Source: Guillardia theta nucleomorph
Taxonomy: Eukaryota; Protista; Cryptophyta
DNA: 32,000 bases
Assembly: GCA_000002975.1 (NCBI GenBank)
Contig: AF083031.2
Span: forward strand, 1 to 32,000
Direction of reading: 5' to 3'
Position numbers and translations under genes: made by a program. Within the stretch, counting starts at the first letter, position 1. The number at the start of each line of letters is the position of its first letter. This document shows, piece after piece, positions 24,630-32,000 of the stretch. The notes beneath the pieces are model-generated. The model was given only the letters and a program-made list of their open reading frames with translations. It had not been told where the DNA came from and did no database searches.

Positions 24630-24724
24630 GCTAGAGTGGCCGAGTGGTCTAAGGCGTCAGTAAATTCGTTACTTAAGATCTGATGGTTACAACCTCGTGG
24701 GTTCGAAATTTCCCACCTCTAGCA
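24630..24724 (+). tRNA. trnL: tRNA-Leu(TAA) with a 10-nt insert in the anticodon stem (24661-24670) and 3 extra nt in the T loop
   Basis: GCTAGAG/CTCTAGC acceptor, TCAG[TAAATTCGTT]A-CTTAAGA-TCTGA, a long variable arm and GTGGG-TTCGAAATTT-CCCAC. Confidence 0.92.
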
Positions 24725-24743
24725 GAGATATTTAATAACCTGA

Positions 24744-24815
24744 GGGGATCCCCGAGAATTGAACTCGGAACCTCTCGCACCCTAAGCGAGAATCATACCT
24801 TTAGACTAGAATCCC
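24744..24815 (-). tRNA. trnP: tRNA-Pro(AGG)
   Basis: GGGATTC/GGATCCC acceptor, CTCGC-TTAGGGT-GCGAG and CCGAG-TTCAATT-CTCGG; 72 nt. Confidence 0.96.
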
Positions 24816-24817
24816 TA

Positions 24818-25213
24818 ATGAAAACTTCATATGCTAGTGTTTTTATATTAAATTGTTTTAAAAATAATACTAAGGTTACCACAATAAGTCTACAATTCAA
24901 ACAAATTGTTTTTTTTTTCACATTTTATTTCCTTAACAAATCATCCAAAAAAATTATTCAAATGTTTAACACCAAATTTATTTTTTATTCAAGTATAATT
25001 TATTGTACAGAAAAACTATTTTGTTTATCCATTCATGTTTTATTTTCCAAGATAAAATTAAATTTAAAAAATTACAAATATTCTAAAGATAAGTTAAAAT
25101 TATCAATTTTTGAAAACATATTCTACAAAAACTATCTCCAAATCCTCAATAATTTTTATAGTTATTATGAAAATTTATATTGTAAATTCATAATTAAATT
25201 TTATAGAAAATAA
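24818..25213 (+). CDS. Hypothetical protein, about 131 aa
   Basis: First in-frame ATG outside the tRNA genes. The ORF fills the gap to the next gene. Confidence 0.55.
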   Translation: MKTSYASVFILNCFKNNTKVTTISLQFKQIVFFFTFYFLNKSSKKIIQMFNTKFIFYSSIIYCTEKLFCLSIHVLFSKIKLNLKNYKYSKDKLKLSIFENIFYKNYLQILNNFYSYYENLYCKFIIKFYRK

Positions 25214-25231
25214 CTTTTTTTTTTTTTTGAT

Positions 25232-26305
25232 TTATTTTCTAAAATTTAAAGTAAAAATAAATAATTCATTAAAATAAGATGAAAATGAAATTATATTTTG
25301 TATTAAAGGATGAAAATCAAAATTTTCAATTAATCCCACCTCGATGTAACTAACTAAATTTTTAAATACACGACATTTATGTCTATGTAAAGTTTTCATA
25401 TCTGAAATTAGAGTCTTTGAATTAAGTATCTTAAGAAAACCATTTCTTTTTGTTAAGATAAGTAAATTATTTAATTGTGATGATTGTGTTTTTAAATTTG
25501 ATTGTTTTGAGATTTCCCAATAAACATTTATCTGATCACCAAAGTAATACTTATTCATTTGGGAAAAAACTTTATTTTTTAGCATAAATATTTCACCATC
25601 ATTTGTGGTAAATATCAAGGATTGACTTTCTCTCAAAAAATATACGCTCCAAATTGTATGTAATGAAAACTTCAGTTTGGATCCAAAAATCCAGTTATCG
25701 TCCTTATTTACAAATTTATATAAATAACCATTGAATGATACAGCAATAATCGAATTTGATAAATTATCATATGCAAGACTTTTAACTTCGCTTTCAAGTT
25801 CATCAAAATGATAAAGACATTCAATTGAATTTTTATCATTTTTTTTCCATATTGATATTGATTTATTTCTACTGCTTATTGAAAAACATGCATCTTCTGT
25901 AAGAAAAATGGAATCTTTTATTTCAGAATAATCATAAAGAAAAGCTATAAAATCAATCATGTAAAAAAATTTTTTTTTTTTTATAAATTTAAACTTAAAA
26001 AAAACTCCCTTACCATTGAATGACCCTAAAAACATTAGATTATTAGAATGATTGGATAGTAATGTCTTTAATGACCGTTTCCATGTGTTTAACTTTAAAT
26101 TCGATAATAATCCCCAATTTTTAAAATATTCTCTAAAATAACTTGAAGTTAAATTATGGTTTAAAGAACAATTCAAAGGACCATATATTTTCAGATCTTG
26201 ATCAGAGCTAATAGAAATCAGATAATTACCATATGAAGACCATGATTGATCCCAAATGTTAGAATTATGTTTGTTTATAAATTTTATTTTAAAAATTTCG
26301 AACAT
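25232..26305 (-). CDS. cia1: WD40 protein, Cia1/CIAO1-like (cytosolic Fe-S targeting complex), 357 aa
   Basis: Blade-by-blade similarity to CIAO1: SEIKD..SSRNKSISIWK..SIECL (NEVKS..CSRDKSVWVWE..EYECV), SEVKSL..DDNW (QDVKHV..EDDW) and HTIWSVYF (STVWSLAF). Confidence 0.75.
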   Translation of the reverse strand: MFEIFKIKFINKHNSNIWDQSWSSYGNYLISISSDQDLKIYGPLNCSLNHNLTSSYFREYFKNWGLLSNLKLNTWKRSLKTLLSNHSNNLMFLGSFNGKGVFFKFKFIKKKKFFYMIDFIAFLYDYSEIKDSIFLTEDACFSISSRNKSISIWKKNDKNSIECLYHFDELESEVKSLAYDNLSNSIIAVSFNGYLYKFVNKDDNWIFGSKLKFSLHTIWSVYFLRESQSLIFTTNDGEIFMLKNKVFSQMNKYYFGDQINVYWEISKQSNLKTQSSQLNNLLILTKRNGFLKILNSKTLISDMKTLHRHKCRVFKNLVSYIEVGLIENFDFHPLIQNIISFSSYFNELFIFTLNFRK

Positions 26306-26342
26306 CGATTATAACTGTAAAATATTAATATATTAATATCGT

Positions 26343-27563
26343 CTATATAACTGGAATAGATTGATAATCAATCTCCATACTTTTAATTTCTTTTAATTTG
26401 ATTAGATGGTATTTAAGACTTTCATTTGTTTTTATAAAAAGTATATTATTAAACAAACTAGTTTTAATGTTTCTAGCAAGCTTTACATATTTCAAAGTTC
26501 TTGAAAACGTTTTTTTTTTTAATTTGAAGTTTTTTCTTTTAAAATATTGAAAATTGTTGAAATTAAAAATTATAATATCATTTATGCTGAGAAAAAATCC
26601 CAAAATTGAATCCTTATATCTGCACATATTTATGTTTTTTTTAAGCTGAACGTAATCTTGTTTAAACAACATATTTTTAAATAAATTTTTATTTTCTTTT
26701 TGGTGATCAATCAAAATATTAGATATATCCAAAGTGTTCTGATGATTAAAATTATTATCTAACAAAGAAGTGATTTTTTTTTTAATTTCAAGATTTTGTA
26801 TTTTGTTTAAATTATATAACTTAAATAATAATCTTTTATCTTTTTTAAAAATAGGAAAAAAAATAAATGAACAATTTTTAATATTAAACATTTCCTTTTT
26901 TCCATGAAAATTTTTCAATTTTTTTAATAAAAATGACTTACATGAAAACATATTCTTAATTTGATCAGAATATATATTCTTAACTGATGCAAAAAAGCAA
27001 AAATATCTCTTATTTATTTTAGAAATTTCAAAAGTTACATTTGAAATTATATGAAAAATCGAGTATAATTTATTAATGTTTTGACTTATTTTATAAATAA
27101 TATTTTCATTGGATAATGAATAAATTTTATTTTCCTTATATTTTTTTTCTTTAAGAAATAATTTTGAATTACTAGATAGATAAATACGATTTATATTATA
27201 AAAATTCCAAAAAAAATTTTTAAATGTTATTATATTTGAGTTAGAAATAAAATTTAACGTTTTCAAAAATATCAATTTAGTTTTCAAAATATTTATTAAA
27301 TCAGAGTGGAAAATTTCAACAATGATTTTTATCTTTTTATTTATAGTTCTAAAATAAGATTTAAATTCTCTAAAACTAATATTATTTATGGTTATTTTAA
27401 ATAACTTGATTGTATTCATTAATTTCATCATAATCATATTTTCATGAAGAATTTTTTTTTTTTTCAATTTTTCACGAAAAATAAAAAAATTTTTTTTCAG
27501 GTATTCATTTTCTTTCTCCAAATAAAAACATTTTTCGATCAATTGAAAGTTACTTATATTCAT
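26343..27563 (-). CDS. Hypothetical protein, 406 aa
   Basis: Long ORF with a possibly coiled-coil N-terminus. No family recognised. Confidence 0.7.
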   Translation of the reverse strand: MNISNFQLIEKCFYLEKENEYLKKNFFIFREKLKKKKILHENMIMMKLMNTIKLFKITINNISFREFKSYFRTINKKIKIIVEIFHSDLINILKTKLIFLKTLNFISNSNIITFKNFFWNFYNINRIYLSSNSKLFLKEKKYKENKIYSLSNENIIYKISQNINKLYSIFHIISNVTFEISKINKRYFCFFASVKNIYSDQIKNMFSCKSFLLKKLKNFHGKKEMFNIKNCSFIFFPIFKKDKRLLFKLYNLNKIQNLEIKKKITSLLDNNFNHQNTLDISNILIDHQKENKNLFKNMLFKQDYVQLKKNINMCRYKDSILGFFLSINDIIIFNFNNFQYFKRKNFKLKKKTFSRTLKYVKLARNIKTSLFNNILFIKTNESLKYHLIKLKEIKSMEIDYQSIPVI

Positions 27564-27592
27564 TATTTAAAAATATTAAATAACTAATTAAA

Positions 27593-28369
27593 TTAATGAT
27601 CTACTTTTGGTGCCAGATAATATCTTAACAATGATTTAATACCAAAGTTGAATTCCAATTGAAGTGGAACATCTTTAGACATTTTCAATGTTACCTTATC
27701 ACTTAATGGTACAGCTTTTGCAAAAGTATTTAAATAGCGTAATGCAAATCCCATCTTTATAATTTCCATATCAGATGTTTTATTATTATCTTCAACTGAA
27801 TTTTCTTCCAAGATGTGAGATTTTAAACTTATACTTCCTTTCCCAACTTCGCCTTCAATCTCAAACTTGATTGTGTTTTCAGATATTGATAAGTATACAG
27901 TATCTCCAATTGTTAACATTTCTGAACAAACTCTCTTATATTCTACTGCGGTTAAAGTGACAACTGCTGAATAGATAGTTTCAGGAATTCCTAGCGTTTC
28001 ATTATTTATTTCTAATAACCTTAATTGAAATTCAGAAGACCTTTCGTTAGCTTCATTCCTGAATAAAAAGGTGATAAAATTTTCATTGTTTTTGTATATA
28101 ATCTCTACAGAGTCTTCGTTAGTTGCGCATTTCAAAATTTTATAAAACCAATTCAAATTAATTCCTAATGATTGAATTTTTTCACATTGATAAACTTCAA
28201 ATTCTTCTGGAGGAATAATGAGGGATACTAATGAAACGTGCGAAGAGTCCATTGCTTGTAATGATAAACCTGAATTGGTAAATTCGATATTAGCATCAGA
28301 TATTAAATCCTTTACAGCGTCAACTATTTTTTTTAACAGGCTATTGGATGAAAGTTTAGCCCTTAACAT
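27593..28369 (-). CDS. pcna: Proliferating cell nuclear antigen, 258 aa
   Basis: LQAMDSSHVSLV, FALRYLNTFAKA and LRYYLAPKV. Confidence 0.99.
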   Translation of the reverse strand: MLRAKLSSNSLLKKIVDAVKDLISDANIEFTNSGLSLQAMDSSHVSLVSLIIPPEEFEVYQCEKIQSLGINLNWFYKILKCATNEDSVEIIYKNNENFITFLFRNEANERSSEFQLRLLEINNETLGIPETIYSAVVTLTAVEYKRVCSEMLTIGDTVYLSISENTIKFEIEGEVGKGSISLKSHILEENSVEDNNKTSDMEIIKMGFALRYLNTFAKAVPLSDKVTLKMSKDVPLQLEFNFGIKSLLRYYLAPKVDH

Positions 28370-28403
28370 AATTTGTTTTTAAAATAACAACATTTTTTAA
28401 TTT

Positions 28404-30257
28404 ATGATTAAACATAATATTAAACCCTTGTGGCTTTTTAACGATGGATATATAATTTTTGAGACATTCAATTGTTTTTTAATTGAAATTGAAGATTTTC
28501 TTGTAAGTATATCAGAGCCTGTAGTAAGGACGAAACTTATTCATGAATATGTTCTTACACCTTATTCATTATATGCAGCTGTTACTTCAGGAATAAAATC
28601 AGATGATATAATTTATTCTCTAAAAAAACTTGTTAAAAACAAAATTTCTAAGGTTGTAAAAAACATGATTTATTATTGTACCAAACTTTATGGAAAAATA
28701 CAGCTTATTTTACACTTAAATGATTATTATATTTATTTACAATCTTTTAAAATACTAAAAATTTTTTTGAATGATAAAATTTTAGGCGGAAATCATTATT
28801 TAATTTTTCTAAATAATCCTAATAAAATATCTAATATAAAATTCAAAAACTTGGATAGATTGAATTATAAAGATAAAAGTGATAATATTAATTGCTGTTT
28901 TTCTTTTTTAGAACATACCTATGAAATAGAAGCTTTAAAGCGTAGATGTATTGAGCTAGATTTTCCTTTATTAGAAGAATATGATTTCAGCAACGATTCC
29001 TTTGTGCCAAATATAAAAATAGAGCTAAAATCAAATGTAATCGTAAGAAAATACCAAGAAAAAGCATTATCTAAAATGTTTAATAAGGGAAGAGCAAGAT
29101 CAGGAGTAATAGTTTTACCATGTGGTTCAGGTAAAACTATAGTTGGAATATCAGCGACTTCTATTATAAAAAAAACAACATTAGTAGTTTGTAATAGTTC
29201 AGTATCTGTTGATCAGTGGAGAAGACAGTATATCAAATGGACTTCAATCTCCAGCACTAGAATAAAAAATTTTGTTTCAGGAGAATTTGCTTTTTTAGAT
29301 TCAATTGTTGCTGAAATTGTTGTTACTACATATTCGATGATTTCTTTTGGTGGACAAAGGGCTAAACTTTCAGCTAGTCTTTTGAGGGAAATCAAAGAAA
29401 GAGAATGGGGAATGGTTATACTTGACGAAGTTCATGTAGTTCCTGCAAATATATTCAGAAAAGTTTTAGGGCTATTAAAAACTAATTGTAAATTAGGTTT
29501 AACAGCAACTTTATTAAGAGAAGACAGAAAAGTAGGTGATATAGGTTTTTTAATAGGACCTAAGTTATTCGAAGCAAATTGGTTAGATTTAGAAAAATCG
29601 GGTTTTCTTGCATATGCTAAATGTGCAGAAATTTATTGTAAAATGCCTTCAGAATTTTATATGAATTATCTGATTCAAAATAATTCTACACGTCAGCTAC
29701 TTTGTGCACTTAATCCAAATAAGGCAAAAATTTGCGACCTATTAATCAAATATCATGAAAACAGAGGTGATAGAATTCTTGTATTTTCAGATAACGTTTT
29801 TGCTTTAAGATCATACGCAACAAAAATCAAGCGTGCTTTTATTTACGGGGCAACAGGATCCTATGAAAGAATGAAAATTCTTAAAAATTTTCAAGATCAC
29901 GAAGGAGAAACTCTTTTCATTTCAAGAATTGGTGATACTAGTATTGATCTACCAGAAGCTAATGTAATTTTACAAATATCATCTCACTATGGCTCTCGTA
30001 GACAAGAAGCACAAAGATTGGGTAGAATTTTAAGACCTAAAACTAAATCAAAAAATGCTTTTTTTTATTCGTTAATAAGTTCAAGTACAGAGGAAATATA
30101 TTATTCTTCAAAAAGACAACAGTTCTTAATAAGTCAAGGATATGATTTTAAAACTATTACTAATTTTGAATCTTTTAATATTTCAAAAAAATTAAACCAA
30201 CATGAAAGTTTAAAAAAAACTGAAATTTTGTCTCAAATTCTATATAATAACAAATAA
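28404..30257 (+). CDS. rad25: TFIIH helicase XPB/Ssl2/Rad25, 617 aa
   Basis: RSGVIVLPCGSGKT, DEVH, GLTATLLRED and SRRQEAQRLGRILR. Confidence 0.99.
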   Translation: MIKHNIKPLWLFNDGYIIFETFNCFLIEIEDFLVSISEPVVRTKLIHEYVLTPYSLYAAVTSGIKSDDIIYSLKKLVKNKISKVVKNMIYYCTKLYGKIQLILHLNDYYIYLQSFKILKIFLNDKILGGNHYLIFLNNPNKISNIKFKNLDRLNYKDKSDNINCCFSFLEHTYEIEALKRRCIELDFPLLEEYDFSNDSFVPNIKIELKSNVIVRKYQEKALSKMFNKGRARSGVIVLPCGSGKTIVGISATSIIKKTTLVVCNSSVSVDQWRRQYIKWTSISSTRIKNFVSGEFAFLDSIVAEIVVTTYSMISFGGQRAKLSASLLREIKEREWGMVILDEVHVVPANIFRKVLGLLKTNCKLGLTATLLREDRKVGDIGFLIGPKLFEANWLDLEKSGFLAYAKCAEIYCKMPSEFYMNYLIQNNSTRQLLCALNPNKAKICDLLIKYHENRGDRILVFSDNVFALRSYATKIKRAFIYGATGSYERMKILKNFQDHEGETLFISRIGDTSIDLPEANVILQISSHYGSRRQEAQRLGRILRPKTKSKNAFFYSLISSSTEEIYYSSKRQQFLISQGYDFKTITNFESFNISKKLNQHESLKKTEILSQILYNNK

Positions 30258-30279
30258 TAATTTTTTAATTGTGTTATAA

Positions 30280-30954
30280 ATGATATTAACTTATTCCTAT
30301 ATGTACAGATTAAAAAAAAAAAAAAGATCACAAATTCAGTACGTAGATCATTCAAACTATTCTTTTTTTTTTTATCTCAATCTTTGTTTGAATAATGATT
30401 ATTCACTATTAACATTTTTTTTTTTGAATATTTTCAAAAAATTATATAAGAATGATTATTTTATTCTTAAAAATAATAAAAATATGTTAAGCAATGAATA
30501 TGGATTATTTTTTAAAATCTTTGTATTTATTGATAAACAATTCAAAAATTTCAAAAATTTTAGTTTGGGAGAATTTATTATATGGATATGTAAAAAAGAG
30601 CAAACCGCAGTAGTTAGTAGTATTTTCATACTTATATTAAAAATTTATAACGCTGATTATAAAAATTTCTTTTGGAATAACCTATTACTGTTTAAACTTT
30701 CTAAAATTTTAATATATTTTACTACCTTTCTTATATTAGAAAATATCTTAAATCATATTGATTATCTAAATGTATCAAATATAAAATCATATATCATAAC
30801 CAAGAAATTCAATATCATTAAAGCTAGTGAGATTTTGAAGAATTATTTCAGTAATAATTATTTCATAAAAAAAAAATGTTTGATTATATATGAAAATTTG
30901 AATTTTATTTTTTTGAAAAATATCATTATCTTAAACTTAATTGTTTCACTTTAA
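30280..30954 (+). CDS. Hypothetical protein, 224 aa
   Basis: ORF tiling the gap between XPB and rad51. No motif recognised. Confidence 0.6.
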   Translation: MILTYSYMYRLKKKKRSQIQYVDHSNYSFFFYLNLCLNNDYSLLTFFFLNIFKKLYKNDYFILKNNKNMLSNEYGLFFKIFVFIDKQFKNFKNFSLGEFIIWICKKEQTAVVSSIFILILKIYNADYKNFFWNNLLLFKLSKILIYFTTFLILENILNHIDYLNVSNIKSYIITKKFNIIKASEILKNYFSNNYFIKKKCLIIYENLNFIFLKNIIILNLIVSL

Positions 30955-30975
30955 AAATAAATTTTCATTTAAAAA

Positions 30976-31971
30976 TTAAGCAACGGAATCACCGATTCCT
31001 GCCTCAGAAATAGAAAATAAACATTCTCCATTAGGTAAATTGGGTGAATCGTAAATTTTACATATTCTGTTAACTCCTTTTCCTTTTTTAAGATATAATC
31101 TCGTCTGGGATGCATGTGCAACAATGTTCCCCCCGACAGGCTTTTTTGGATCTGTCATAAAACTTGAGTTTCCATCTACTTGGGCAATCACTTGATTTGT
31201 TATCAAAACTGCAACTCCGAATTCATCAGCTAATCTTTGTAGACTTCTTAAAAATCTAGCCATATGTTGTTGTCTTGAAGCTAACTCACCTCTTCCTGTA
31301 TAATCAGTACGATATAATGATGTTGCGGAATCTATTACTAACAGTGCATATCTACTTTCAGACATGAGAGCAGAAGCTTGATTTAATAATTCTAACTGAT
31401 GATCAGTATTGTAGGCCCTTGCATAAGCAATATTGTCTAAAACATCTTGTCTATTAAGGTTAAATCTATCTGCTATAGAAACTATCCTTTCAGGCCTAAA
31501 AGTACCCTCTGTGTCGATATAAAGAGCTCTACCTTCACCTCCACCTTTAGAAACAGATAATTGACATGTTACACATAATGTATGACACAATTGTGTCTTT
31601 CCGGTTCTAAACTCTCCAAATACTTCGGTAATACTTCCCGTTTCTATCCCTCCTCCCAATATTTTATCCAATTCTTTTGAACCACTTGTAAGATATATCA
31701 AATCCTGTCTTATTTTGTAGCATTCTGTGGCAGAACAAAAACCTAGTGGTACAAGTCTAGACACTTCTAATAGAATTTTTTCAGCTTTTAATTCAGATAT
31801 GCCTCTTATTTCAATCAATTTCTTTTTAGGTATATAGGCTAATGATTCTATTGTATGGAATCCGGAATCTTGAAGTTTCTTTATATCAGTTAAAGATATT
31901 CCTTTTGATTCCAATATCGATATATGTTTCCATTGTTCGTTAGAAGTAGAAGGCATCTCTATATTGTTCAT
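30976..31971 (-). CDS. rad51: DNA recombinase Rad51, 331 aa
   Basis: [34 protein letters not shown] and the FxxA motif (FCSA). Confidence 0.99.
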   Translation of the reverse strand: MNNIEMPSTSNEQWKHISILESKGISLTDIKKLQDSGFHTIESLAYIPKKKLIEIRGISELKAEKILLEVSRLVPLGFCSATECYKIRQDLIYLTSGSKELDKILGGGIETGSITEVFGEFRTGKTQLCHTLCVTCQLSVSKGGGEGRALYIDTEGTFRPERIVSIADRFNLNRQDVLDNIAYARAYNTDHQLELLNQASALMSESRYALLVIDSATSLYRTDYTGRGELASRQQHMARFLRSLQRLADEFGVAVLITNQVIAQVDGNSSFMTDPKKPVGGNIVAHASQTRLYLKKGKGVNRICKIYDSPNLPNGECLFSISEAGIGDSVA

Positions 31972-32000
31972 AGGTTATCACTAGGGTTCCTAAATATTTT

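Noticed and set aside
24683-24817. ORF176 N-terminus running through two tRNA genes
   Set aside because: It is a translation of tRNA sequence; ATG 24818 is the more plausible start.
14816-29395. Short antisense ORFs inside genes (14816, 15431, 19265, 22088, 24068, 29213)
   Set aside because: They are shadows of real genes on the opposite strand or chance ORFs, with no motifs.

Overview
This window is the left end of a cryptophyte nucleomorph chromosome, the relict red-algal endosymbiont nucleus. The 23-bp telomere unit (reverse complement of [AG]7AAG6A) matches the unit known from Guillardia theta. Bases 1 to ~13,950 are a GC-richer subtelomeric block: telomere, 5S rRNA (+), a 28S-5.8S-18S cistron transcribed toward the telomere (-), a ~4-kb spacer, ubc4 and TBP. 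After ~13,960 the sequence is very AT-rich and extremely compact. It holds about 23 protein genes and five tRNAs. Clearly recognisable proteins are ribosomal proteins S21, L35A, S30, S29 and L27, PCNA, XPB, Rad51, CenH3, a BRSK-like kinase and an SmB-like protein. Two genes carry 49-52 nt GTAAGT..AG spliceosomal introns, and two tRNAs carry several tiny non-canonical inserts. Several apparent ORFans look by manual alignment like highly diverged Cia1, Rpc34, TAF4, Rrp45, Brx1 and RFC subunits. The most notable patterns: all five tRNA genes sit head-to-head, 1-8 nt from a protein start codon; all five tRNA inserts create local inverted repeats; and PCNA has Glu in place of the conserved Lys164. 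No database searches were run, so all family calls rest on remembered motifs. rRNA ends are approximate.
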